Of a stretch of 64,000 bases of DNA, positions 9,767-18,349 are shown in pieces. The notes beneath the pieces were generated by a model, which had not been told where the DNA came from, made no database searches, and saw nothing but the letters and a program-made list of their open reading frames with translations. The position numbers were made by a program, and so were the translations under genes. How positions within the stretch are numbered: position 1 is the first letter of the stretch; each line of letters begins with the position of its first letter. The DNA is from a virus (taxonomy: Duplodnaviria; Caudoviricetes), in the IMG/VR virus record IMGVR_UViG_3300014613_000025, positions 9,114-73,113 of that record, one strand, 5' to 3'.

Positions 9767-10626
9767 CGTTGGAAGAGGAACAAGAACAGCGCGCAGCGAA
9801 GTTCGTGGTGAGTGGGGCAATACCGCGCTCTGATTGGCCTCCCCTTCCTGGTGTATACTTCGCCCGTGTGGCAGAGATACCAGATCGAGTGAAGATTGGT
9901 CGGTCTGGTTGTATCCAAAAGCGGCTGGCTGACTTGGCTAGAATGAATTCTGGCACCTTGGAGGCGATGGCGTTCGCGCTTGGAGAAGAACCGTTAGAGT
10001 CGTCGTTGCATAATCGTTTCAGGGGCGCCAGGTTACATGGTGAGTGGTTCAGACTCACCGACGAAATCCAAGACGTGATTGTTAGTTATGCCAACGAATG
10101 GCGAACCAAGATAACTGACGTGGTGCTCGCATTGCGTCAAATGGAATGGCAGAAACTTGTGGCTGAAGGGCGGACCTCCCCAGGTAAAGTGAAGGAACAC
10201 ATAACAGACAACATTGTGTCAGAATTGGTGTCAGGTGACATGTTTTGCGCAGAACTGTGTACGCCACACAATGGCGGAATGTGGCCCAAACCATGGCACC
10301 CTATTCTGTTAGCGGCGAGAGAGTGGTTTATCCGTAGCGTATTCGTCTTTCCAGACGCGGATAGTGGGATTGGTATAGAATACAGGGATGAACTGCGGGA
10401 GATTGTCGATACCATTGGTCGCATTCACGCCGTATGTAACCCACGACTTGCCCAGGATTGGGCTCATTGGAGACGACCTAGGCCCTATTGGGTCAGGCAT
10501 TACATGAAAAATTCGTCTTTCTACCACGCGGCCCAACGCAACGGAATTGATGTTAACGAACTGGTCGAAGGTGTTGGTAGGTTGGATAGTGAAAAAGAGA
10601 TTGCGCTAGACTTCACTGGACACTAA
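9763..10626 (+). CDS. GIY-YIG nuclease, T5orf172/MUG113 family
   Basis: VYFA...VKIGRS...KRL...LE..LH.RF...RLHGEWF. Confidence 0.8.
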   Translation: MTLEEEQEQRAAKFVVSGAIPRSDWPPLPGVYFARVAEIPDRVKIGRSGCIQKRLADLARMNSGTLEAMAFALGEEPLESSLHNRFRGARLHGEWFRLTDEIQDVIVSYANEWRTKITDVVLALRQMEWQKLVAEGRTSPGKVKEHITDNIVSELVSGDMFCAELCTPHNGGMWPKPWHPILLAAREWFIRSVFVFPDADSGIGIEYRDELREIVDTIGRIHAVCNPRLAQDWAHWRRPRPYWVRHYMKNSSFYHAAQRNGIDVNELVEGVGRLDSEKEIALDFTGH

Positions 10627-10632
10627 CCCACG

Positions 10633-11130
10633 ATGACTCTCTCAACCTGGCTCGCCAACGACGAACTATTCCTCCGCGAACTACGCGAGGGCCACGCGTG
10701 GCAGATGCTGCCCGCCACGTTCTTCACGCTCGCAGGTCTCCGCGTCGAAGTGCCAGCACTGCGTGAGCGTGAGCGACAATCGCAGGCGCGGCAATGGTCG
10801 GACACCACCGACATCGTCCTAAACGGCTGGCCCATCGAAGTCAAGAGTAGGCGCGAGGCATTCACGAGCAACATTGACTACCCCTACAAGACAGCGTTCG
10901 TCGACACCGTCTCAGGGTTCGAGGCGAAGACCACGAAGCCGCTCGCCTACGTGCTAGTGAGTCGACCCACCGGGGCCATGCTGTGCCTGTCCGTTGCCAA
11001 GACGCGAGCGGTGTGGAAGGTGGTCGAGAAACGCGACAGGGTCAGAGACATTGACGAGCGGTTCTACGTCGTTGGCTCGCGACACCTCCAACCGGTTGGC
11101 GTGTTGGTGGATGCGCTGAAGGCGACCTAA
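10633..11130 (+). CDS. PD-(D/E)xK-fold nuclease-like protein
   Basis: DTTDIV...IEVKSR. Confidence 0.55.
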   Translation: MTLSTWLANDELFLRELREGHAWQMLPATFFTLAGLRVEVPALRERERQSQARQWSDTTDIVLNGWPIEVKSRREAFTSNIDYPYKTAFVDTVSGFEAKTTKPLAYVLVSRPTGAMLCLSVAKTRAVWKVVEKRDRVRDIDERFYVVGSRHLQPVGVLVDALKAT

Positions 11131-11144
11131 ACGCGTGACGCCTA

Positions 11145-11172
11145 TTGACGTGCGCTGAGATGTGGTTACCGT
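11145..11172 (+). promoter_or_regulatory. Possible sigma70 promoter for the tRNA-like gene
   Basis: TTGACG-N16-TACCGT ending 9 nt before the RNA. Confidence 0.4.
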
Positions 11173-11181
11173 AGAAGATGA

Positions 11182-11258
11182 GCCGCTGTAGACTAATTGG
11201 CAGGTCGTCTCTCGTGGGCCCGTCGAGGGAGATGCGGGTTCGATTCCCGTCAGCGGTG
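11182..11258 (+). tRNA. Atypical tRNA or tRNA-like gene with enlarged anticodon arm; isotype not assignable
   Basis: Acceptor GCCGCTG/CAGCGGT; D arm GACT-AATTGGCA-GGTC; T arm GCGGG-TTCGATT-CCCGT; stem TCTCT/AGGGA closes 13 nt; ends G-CTA, no CCA. Confidence 0.7.
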
Positions 11259-11276
11259 CTAAGTGGGAGGGAAGCG

Positions 11277-11642
11277 ATGCGAATACTATTCGTTGACGAT
11301 GACGATACCAGACACGACATCGCCGCCAAAGCGTTCAAGGCGCACGAGGTCTGGCACGCGCGAGACATTGACGTCGCCATCCACATGCTTGCAGCGCGCG
11401 AGTATGACCTGGTGTGTATCGACCACGACATGGCAGACGATGGCAGGACCGGGGTCGATGTCGCTACCGCACTGGTCGCCCAACCGTGGGAACCTCGCTT
11501 TGCGTGGGTCCACTCGTGGAACCCGGTTGGTCAGCAACGGATTGCGGACGTTCTAAGCGGCAAGGTAAGGCATGGCATCCGCGCGTTTTCTGGCGATGCG
11601 TGCGTGTCAGTGTCTCAGATAGTGAGAGGCATAGAGACATGA
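11277..11642 (+). CDS. Divergent receiver domain (cyclic-phosphate-processing cREC type)
   Basis: ILFVDDD...CIDHD...VHSWNPVG; the DHD and HSxN motifs fit the RNA-repair-associated clade. Confidence 0.7.
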   Translation: MRILFVDDDDTRHDIAAKAFKAHEVWHARDIDVAIHMLAAREYDLVCIDHDMADDGRTGVDVATALVAQPWEPRFAWVHSWNPVGQQRIADVLSGKVRHGIRAFSGDACVSVSQIVRGIET

Positions 11643-11812
11643 GAGCCATAGACGGTATCGCGGTAGCCATGCTCGGCGGTGCGATGGGTGCTATCGCATC
11701 AATGTCTGTCGAACGATGGGACGCACGTACCGTGTTGGCATCGGTAGCGTTAGCGGCCATGGCGGCATGGTGTGTGTCGCAGTGGAAAGGAGACGATGAC
11801 GATGGCGAATAG
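11639..11812 (+). CDS. Small membrane protein
   Basis: Two hydrophobic stretches; ATGA overlap. Confidence 0.45.
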   Translation: MRAIDGIAVAMLGGAMGAIASMSVERWDARTVLASVALAAMAAWCVSQWKGDDDDGE

Positions 11813-12017
11813 CATGACCGTGATGGTGCCAAGGCGCATCGTGGTGCACAAGGACGGCGCGCATTGCGGGAGGTTGTGTTCTTGGTTGTGGGACGTATAT
11901 GGCGCGTCAGAGTGCGATGTGTTCATTCTGCGCGGCGGCCCTTCGCGACCACTGGTTAGGGACAATGTCGGCCCGCTCCGATGCAAGCAATGCCTCGCCG
12001 CGACCAAGGCGAAGTGA
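11799..12017 (+). CDS. Small Cys-rich protein
   Basis: SD aaggag. Confidence 0.45.
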   Translation, partial: TMANSMTVMVPRRIVVHKDGAHCGRLCSWLWDVYGASECDVFILRGGPSRPLVRDNVGPLRCKQCLAATKAK

Positions 12018-12727
12018 TGGCGCGTCACGACTCGCTAGGCGACCGAATGAAGCGCTACGAGTGCGCCACGCGCACAACGCTAACGCCTCGCACGCCGGTC
12101 ATCGTCCGCGTTGACGGCAAGGCATTCCACGCTTACACGCGAGGGCTACCGGCATTCCACGAGCCGTTCGGTGATGCCATGGCTGTGGTCGCGTGGAAGC
12201 TATGCGAAGGCATCCAAGGCGCTGTGATGGCCTACGTGCAAAGTGACGAGGTCAGCGTTCTCGTGCACCCATACAAGCGCTATGCGACAAGCGCATGGTT
12301 TGACGGGCAAGTCCAGAAGACCGTTAGCGTTGCGGCAAGCATTGCGTCGTCGACCATGACGGTGGAGTCCGCGCGTGTGTTCCAATACATTAGACCCGCA
12401 GTCTTCGACGCGCGCGCGTTCGTATTGCCAGAGGGCGAGGTGGCTAACTACTTCGTCTGGCGACAGCAAGACGCTGTCCGCAACAGCGTTCAGATGCACG
12501 CGCGCTCGATGTTTTCTCACAAGCAATGCGACCACAAGAACTGCGACACGCTCAAGGCCATGTGTGCGGACGCGGGCAAGCCATGGGATGACCTGTTGCC
12601 GCGCTGGCGCCAAGGTATCGTGTCGATGCGTGGCGGTGGCGACATCCCAGGGAGGTCAATGCCCGCCATGACGTTTGCCGACAACCGAGACGTCTTTGCG
12701 TTGTTGCTAGCGACGGAGGAGGAGTGA
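12017..12727 (+). CDS. thg1: tRNA(His) guanylyltransferase Thg1-like protein
   Basis: LGDRMKRYE...IVRVDGKAFH...YVQSDEVS...FDARAF...YFVWRQQDAVRNS. Confidence 0.92.
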   Translation: MARHDSLGDRMKRYECATRTTLTPRTPVIVRVDGKAFHAYTRGLPAFHEPFGDAMAVVAWKLCEGIQGAVMAYVQSDEVSVLVHPYKRYATSAWFDGQVQKTVSVAASIASSTMTVESARVFQYIRPAVFDARAFVLPEGEVANYFVWRQQDAVRNSVQMHARSMFSHKQCDHKNCDTLKAMCADAGKPWDDLLPRWRQGIVSMRGGGDIPGRSMPAMTFADNRDVFALLLATEEE

Positions 12728-13050
12728 TGTCGGCAACGAGTGAGACAGTTATACCGTTCGACCGAACCGGCACCCTAATCGAAGTGGGAGACATTGTCCT
12801 GTATGCTCACAACCTGGATCGCAGTGCTGGTCTGCAATGGGGCAAGGTTGTTGCGCTTGACTATGGCGATGACCGATACAAGTTCCCGCGAGGTGTGCGC
12901 GTTCACGTGCGCGGTGTGTCAGAGTACTCCAGTAGGCCACCAACGTTACTGTTGCGCGTGGGTCGGTTGCAGTACCCCGACCGCGTGGTTGTCATACCGC
13001 TCCCCAGGGTACCGGTTGCAATTGGCGACTTGCTAAGAGGTGTGACGTGA
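12727..13050 (+). CDS. Hypothetical protein
   Basis: SD ggagg; DRTGTLIEVGDIV motif. Confidence 0.55.
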   Translation: MSATSETVIPFDRTGTLIEVGDIVLYAHNLDRSAGLQWGKVVALDYGDDRYKFPRGVRVHVRGVSEYSSRPPTLLLRVGRLQYPDRVVVIPLPRVPVAIGDLLRGVT

Positions 13051-13060
13051 CTCGCGACGG

Positions 13061-13087
13061 GCCTAAACGCGTGGGACTGTAGACATG
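13061..13087 (+). promoter_or_regulatory. CCTAAACG motif 23 nt before ATG
   Basis: gcctaaacgcgtgggactgtagacATG; similar copies at 15778, 18104 and 36029. Confidence 0.5.
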
Positions 13088-14422
13088 GCTGACGTTCTCC
13101 TGGTCAATTATGACAATGGGTCGCACATCGCTCAACCGCCCCACGGGTTGGCGTATCTCGCGAGCGCGCTTGTCAACGCGGGCCACAACGTTGACGTGTG
13201 GGACGCTGGCGTTACGCACGAGCCTGCCGACAAGTTGCGTGAACACATCAACGCAACCAAGCCGTCAGTCGTGGCAGCGTCCGTGATCGGCGGATACTGG
13301 CAGCATGCCCAATTGCTAGCGCTCAGCAAGGCCGTGAATGCCTCGCAACATCGTGACCGCTTGTGGTATGTCATCGGAGGACATGGCCCTGCCAGTGCCC
13401 CGGAGTACTTCCGCAAGGTAACGGGTGCCGATACCGTCTTTAGCGGCGAGGGCGAGGTAACGTTCCCCGCGCTGTGCTCCGCTAAGGACCGCCCGCAATT
13501 CGCGCACGGTGAGACTGTTGACGTTGACGCGGTAGCGTGGCCCGCGTGGGACTTGTTTGACATGTCCGTCTATAGGTTGCAACGGTATCCCAAGACGTTG
13601 CCGACCGACTTCGCTATGCCGGTGTTGAGCGGACGAGGGTGCACGTATAAGTGCTCATTCTGTTTTCGCCACGTGCCGGGATTCCGCGCGCGTCAACCCG
13701 CTGCCGTTGCCGATGAGATTGCTTGGTTGCAAAGCGCACACAATATGACGTACGTCAATTTCGACGATGAACTGCTCATGAGTGGCCCCAAGCGCACGCG
13801 CGACTTGTGCGAGGCAATCGGACCACTAGGCATTCGGTGGATGTGCAATGGTCGCCTTGACGTTGCAGCGAAGCACCCTGATCTGTTGCCATTGATGCGA
13901 GACGCGGGAGCGACGTTCATCAACTACGGGGTTGAGTCTCTCTCGCAACCCGTGCTCGATGCCATGAACAAGCGCCTAACTGTGGAGCAGATTCACGCTG
14001 GCGTACGTGCTACGCTTGACGCTGGTTTAAGTCCGGGCCTCAACGTCATGTGGGGTTGCCCCAATGACACGGTTGAGTCGTTGCGCATGTTGGTCGGCTT
14101 CCTACGTGAGTATGATGATGGCGCGCAGATTCGCTCGATCAGACCGGTAACGCCCTACCCCGGCAGTCCGCTGTTCGACCTGGCGGTGCGCGAAGGGCGT
14201 ATCAAAGACGCCGAAGACTTCTATGTGCGACACGTCAACAGCGACCTTGCAAGCGTGCAGTGGACTGGCCTAGATGACGACGCGTTCCACTCCGCGCTAT
14301 ACGACGCTAACGCCGACCTTGTGGAGTACGGTTGCGAACGGATCGAGGCCGACCGCAAGCGTCAATTGTCCAAGTTATACCACGAGCGCGATGCCTCGTG
14401 GCGCGGGTTCAGACACACCTAG
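13085..14422 (+). CDS. Cobalamin-binding radical SAM protein (class B type)
   Basis: PPHGLAYLASAL; GGH; SGRGCTYKCSFC; YGVES; TPYPGSPLF. Confidence 0.9.
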   Translation: MADVLLVNYDNGSHIAQPPHGLAYLASALVNAGHNVDVWDAGVTHEPADKLREHINATKPSVVAASVIGGYWQHAQLLALSKAVNASQHRDRLWYVIGGHGPASAPEYFRKVTGADTVFSGEGEVTFPALCSAKDRPQFAHGETVDVDAVAWPAWDLFDMSVYRLQRYPKTLPTDFAMPVLSGRGCTYKCSFCFRHVPGFRARQPAAVADEIAWLQSAHNMTYVNFDDELLMSGPKRTRDLCEAIGPLGIRWMCNGRLDVAAKHPDLLPLMRDAGATFINYGVESLSQPVLDAMNKRLTVEQIHAGVRATLDAGLSPGLNVMWGCPNDTVESLRMLVGFLREYDDGAQIRSIRPVTPYPGSPLFDLAVREGRIKDAEDFYVRHVNSDLASVQWTGLDDDAFHSALYDANADLVEYGCERIEADRKRQLSKLYHERDASWRGFRHT

Positions 14423-14431
14423 GAGGGTAAC

Positions 14432-14773
14432 GTGATGCCGTGGCCGAATGATTACCGTCAACCCGCGACGCGGGCAATGCCGCAACCGTCAGACGTATTC
14501 GACATCAACGCAGAACTTGAAGCGTATGGGTGCGGTCATCTGGCGGTGAAGGAGGAGCCGGTGGGACTATTGCAAGAGTGGTTTGGTGGGCCATTCGTGT
14601 GCCTGTTGTGCGGGGAGAAAAGCGTGGATGTGGTGGAGTACCAAGAGAGGAACAACGACAGATGGTCACACAACATGTTCGGCAAACTTGTAACTGTGGC
14701 CTATGCCCCAAGAAGCGTCCGCGCTAAGTATCAGTGCTACAGTTGCGGTGCTACCATCGTGGTGGACCGATGA
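14432..14773 (+). CDS. Zn-ribbon hypothetical protein
   Basis: SD aggagg; CLLC...CYSC. Confidence 0.5.
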   Translation: MMPWPNDYRQPATRAMPQPSDVFDINAELEAYGCGHLAVKEEPVGLLQEWFGGPFVCLLCGEKSVDVVEYQERNNDRWSHNMFGKLVTVAYAPRSVRAKYQCYSCGATIVVDR

Positions 14774-15105
14774 ACCACAACCCAAACGGCGACCCTGGTA
14801 GTCACAACCCTCGCGGCAATCCTCAACGCGGGTTGCGACTGCCAACGATTACGATTGACCTGCCGCACATCTACTTGCCACAGTTTACGGCCTGCACGTC
14901 ATGTACGCATTGCCTTGACGCCGAAGCGTGTGACGTCGCCACGTGTGACCGGCCAGACGCTTGTGCGTGCGACAGTGCCAACGGTTGCGAGTCATGCGAA
15001 GCGGGCGGCATCTGTCGCCACTGCGGCGGCAAGGACGACTATGCGGAGCGTGGCAAAGACGGACTAGTGTGTTGCTGGCAATGCGTGGATAAGGAGACGG
15101 CGTGA
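14770..15105 (+). CDS. Very Cys-rich hypothetical protein
   Basis: ATGA overlap; many Cys pairs. Confidence 0.45.
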   Translation: MNHNPNGDPGSHNPRGNPQRGLRLPTITIDLPHIYLPQFTACTSCTHCLDAEACDVATCDRPDACACDSANGCESCEAGGICRHCGGKDDYAERGKDGLVCCWQCVDKETA

Positions 15106-15581
15106 GACCCGTTCGCCACACGTCAACCGATGCGCTCCTAGGCCATCGGGTCGCTTTCACCGGCAGTGCTGATGTGCTTAGGTTCGAGTCGCCACGTGGC
15201 CCGGTAGACACCATGGCGAAGCAAGCGACAGGAACACTACTCAAGACGGTCGCAACCAACGGGGTGCGGCCCGATAACCGCAACGACGCATTGTGTGCGG
15301 ACCCTATCCACGAATTGCGCGAAGTGATGGCGGAACACTCCGTCAACGGGTCGTGGATGATGTCGCGACTTGCCGCTGAGAGGCTGTGGTCTCGTGCTGT
15401 GGTTGATGCGTTGTGGCCCGACCATGACGCTGGCGTGGCAACGCTGGACATCAATGGTAAACGCATATCGGTTGACGTGGCCCGCAACGATACGCCTAAG
15501 CGCATCGCGTCCAAACTTGTGGACGCCGTCAATTCGTCGAGCGTTGGGCTCGTGGCTAGCGTTAGGAAGGAACCAGGATGA
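15102..15581 (+). CDS. Hypothetical protein
   Basis: SD aaggag, GTGA overlap. Confidence 0.5.
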   Translation: MRPVRHTSTDALLGHRVAFTGSADVLRFESPRGPVDTMAKQATGTLLKTVATNGVRPDNRNDALCADPIHELREVMAEHSVNGSWMMSRLAAERLWSRAVVDALWPDHDAGVATLDINGKRISVDVARNDTPKRIASKLVDAVNSSSVGLVASVRKEPG

Positions 15582-15796
15582 CAGACCCACACAGATACCT
15601 AGTCAAGGTTGGGGATATCGTCGAGACGTATCACGACGGGAGGGCAACGGTAACCAAGGCCAAACACGAGGGCCACGTGCAATACGACTTCGACAGCGGC
15701 GAACTGTACTACACGCTACACACGTGGGAGTCGTGGGTCAAGGCCATCGACAGCGGCGAAGTCAAGGTGATACGCGCCCTAAACGCGTCGGGTTAG
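15578..15796 (+). CDS. Hypothetical protein
   Basis: SD aagga, ATGA overlap. Confidence 0.55.
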   Translation: MTDPHRYLVKVGDIVETYHDGRATVTKAKHEGHVQYDFDSGELYYTLHTWESWVKAIDSGEVKVIRALNASG

Positions 15797-15800
15797 TGGT

Positions 15801-16007
15801 ATGACGTCAACCAAGTGGCCGCCGCACCCATGCTCGCGTTGCCAGTGTGAGGACTGTTGCGAGACAGGAGCGTATCGAGACTTCTACGTGCGCAGTGCGA
15901 TTGACGGGTCGTGGTGGTGCGAGGTGTGTTGGTTGTATGACGTCGAGGGTTGCAATTCAGATTGCGAGCGCCCACCGTATATTGACATTGTCTACAGGGA
16001 GGTGTGA
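15801..16007 (+). CDS. Cys-rich hypothetical protein
   Basis: Preceded by the CCTAAACG motif. Confidence 0.45.
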   Translation: MTSTKWPPHPCSRCQCEDCCETGAYRDFYVRSAIDGSWWCEVCWLYDVEGCNSDCERPPYIDIVYREV

Positions 16008-16279
16008 GCATGGGCGTCACGTTGGAAGAGTACGATAGACTTGAACGCGAGGTAAAGACCGACTACGTTCGACACACACCAACGCAGCGGTTGGCTCTTG
16101 GCCTTGTGAGGTTATCAGAACTGACGGCAGAGCAAGACATAGCGTGCACTGATGATGTGCTATACGGCCCTGGTGGTGGCCCAGATTCACACTACTTTGA
16201 GAAAGCAGACATCTTGCTATTGTTGTCGCTTGGTTGGCGCTGGCATGCAACCGTCGAGTCGTGGGCGTTTGTGGTATGA
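16004..16279 (+). CDS. Hypothetical protein
   Basis: SD ggagg; HDDVLY-like segment CTDDVLYGP. Confidence 0.5.
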   Translation: MSMGVTLEEYDRLEREVKTDYVRHTPTQRLALGLVRLSELTAEQDIACTDDVLYGPGGGPDSHYFEKADILLLLSLGWRWHATVESWAFVV

Positions 16280-17040
16280 CACCCGCCGAAATCCTAACCT
16301 CGATAGGCCACGAACCGCGCAACCCGCGACCGTTCGGCCCAACGCGAGACGGCACCGCTACGGCCTGGACGTGCGACGGTGGAACCATCTACCTCGACAG
16401 GTCACCAACTACGCCATACGTCGGGCGCGGGTCTGCCATGCTCGCCATCGACGACGCGAGACGTGCGCACCTAATCGAGCGCCAAGCGTGCGGTCGGCGA
16501 GTGCTTGACTTCGGGTCTGGCCTTGGTGGGTTCGTTGGCCGTGTGCGTGAGTGCGCAGCGTTTGCGATTGGCTACGAACCGTCCGCTCCCGATGCCATCA
16601 CATGGTCATCGGTGGCCCACCAAGGCCCCTACGACATCGCAACAGCGTGGCATGTGGTAGAACACCTTGACGACCCTATTGAGGCCCTGACGCGCCTGTC
16701 AGGCATCATGGCTCCCGGTGCGCTACTGGTCGTCGAAGTGCCCCATGCGCGCGATTGGTTGCTCCACTCGTGCGGGGCGTTCCGTGCGTTCTCGCTGTGG
16801 TCGGAGCATCGTATTCTGCACACGCGAGAGACGTTGCGGTCGCTGCTACAATGTGGAGGCTTCGACGTCGAACGGATTGAGGCCGTGCAACGCTACCCGC
16901 TCGCCAATCACCTGCACTGGCTAACGCGTGGGATGCCAGGTGGGGTTGATGTCAACGAGAACCTTGACCGCGAGTATGCGGCAATGCTTGCGGCGCGAGA
17001 TGAGACCGATACTCTGATCGCTTGGGCAAGGAAGGGGTGA
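16276..17040 (+). CDS. Class I SAM-dependent methyltransferase (glycan-locus type)
   Basis: VLDFGSGLGGF; HVVEHLDDP; LVVEVP; QRYPLANHLHWL. Confidence 0.85.
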   Translation: MTPAEILTSIGHEPRNPRPFGPTRDGTATAWTCDGGTIYLDRSPTTPYVGRGSAMLAIDDARRAHLIERQACGRRVLDFGSGLGGFVGRVRECAAFAIGYEPSAPDAITWSSVAHQGPYDIATAWHVVEHLDDPIEALTRLSGIMAPGALLVVEVPHARDWLLHSCGAFRAFSLWSEHRILHTRETLRSLLQCGGFDVERIEAVQRYPLANHLHWLTRGMPGGVDVNENLDREYAAMLAARDETDTLIAWARKG

Positions 17041-17043
17041 CAA

Positions 17044-18087
17044 GTGGAACGTAAACTAGCAAGCATCCAACGCATCGAATCACTGAAGCCCATAGCCAAG
17101 GCCGACGCCATCGAGTGCGCTCGCGTACTTGGATGGGATGTCGTGGTCAAGAAGGGAGAATTCCAACCCGGAGACCTGTGCGTCTACTTCGAGATTGACT
17201 CGATGATACCGCAGGACGTGCCAGAATTGGCATTCATGGCTAACGCTCGATGGCGAGTCAAGACCATCAAGTTGCGGGGCCAATTGTCGCAGGGCCTAGC
17301 GTTACCAGTGTCCACGTTCCCTTGGTTGCGGCTCACCGACAACCCTATCGACACCGACGTATCAAGCATGATTGGCAGCGGTGTCACCAAGTGGGAACCG
17401 GACATTCACCCGTCGCTATCGGGAGAAGCGCGCGGGTCGTTCCCTGGGTTCCTTCGCAAGACCGACGAACCACGCATTCAGTCGTGCGCCGGATTGCTGC
17501 GCAGGCATGCGGACGCGTTGTGGTATGCGACCGAGAAACTGGACGGCACATCGTTTACGGCGTACTGGTATCGCGAAGACTTTGGCGTGTGCTCGCGCAA
17601 CCTCAACCTGAAACCAGAGAGCGTCAATGGCAACGACACGCGCAATGTTCACTGGCGCGTTGCTAACCGGCTGGACCTGGCAGAGACGTTGCCAAAGTTG
17701 TGTGTTGCATACGGACGCGACCTAGCTATCCAAGGCGAAGTCGTCGGCCCTCGCATCCAAGGAAACAAGTACGGGCTAGAGGAACCAACGTTGTTCCTGT
17801 TTGGTGTGTATGACATCGAGCGCGCTGAATTCTTGGACTTGCCAGACCTTGTCAATATGTCTGCATCACTTGGTGTCAAGCATGTGCCAATGATTGCCAA
17901 CCACATAGACTTGGGCGGCTCTACTGTTAATGACCTGGTTAGGAGTGCTGAGGGTAAGTCTAGGTTAGCCGACACACAGCGTGAGGGACTGGTCTACCGG
18001 ACCACGCAATACCGCGCAGACGACAGGGCGGGCCATGCGTCGTTCAAGGCCATCAACAACAAGTTCCTGCTAAAGCACGGCGAGTGA
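17044..18087 (+). CDS. ATP-dependent RNA ligase, Rnl2-like (DRB0094-type)
   Basis: KLASIQRI...VVKKGEF...YFEIDS N-domain; TEKLDGTS, QGE, EGLV, FKAINNKFLLK. Confidence 0.9.
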   Translation: MERKLASIQRIESLKPIAKADAIECARVLGWDVVVKKGEFQPGDLCVYFEIDSMIPQDVPELAFMANARWRVKTIKLRGQLSQGLALPVSTFPWLRLTDNPIDTDVSSMIGSGVTKWEPDIHPSLSGEARGSFPGFLRKTDEPRIQSCAGLLRRHADALWYATEKLDGTSFTAYWYREDFGVCSRNLNLKPESVNGNDTRNVHWRVANRLDLAETLPKLCVAYGRDLAIQGEVVGPRIQGNKYGLEEPTLFLFGVYDIERAEFLDLPDLVNMSASLGVKHVPMIANHIDLGGSTVNDLVRSAEGKSRLADTQREGLVYRTTQYRADDRAGHASFKAINNKFLLKHGE

Positions 18088-18126
18088 CCATGGCTGACCA
18101 CGGCCTAAACGTGTAGGGCTATAGAC

Positions 18127-18348
18127 ATGAGCGACAACGTAACAACCGAAGCGGTAGCACTCGACCCCGAAGCGCTATGGGAGCACGTCGGGTTGCCAAT
18201 CATCAAGCAGGTGTGCGCGCCAATCGTTGAGGGAATCGAGTCGCAAGCGCTTGCGCTAGAGTACGGCATCGAACCTGAGCGGGTGGCCGCGACGCTGCGC
18301 GTGTTGGCTAAGTCTATTCGCGAGGCGTACGGGTTGGAGTCTATGTAG
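18127..18348 (+). CDS. Hypothetical protein
   Basis: Preceded by the CCTAAACG motif (18104). Confidence 0.55.
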   Translation: MSDNVTTEAVALDPEALWEHVGLPIIKQVCAPIVEGIESQALALEYGIEPERVAATLRVLAKSIREAYGLESM

Positions 18349-18349
18349 C

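Noticed and set aside
11277-11642. Ordinary two-component response regulator or the missing sigma54 activator
   Set aside because: Stand-alone domain with DHD/HSxN motifs; no output domain, AAA+ domain or GAFTGA motif.
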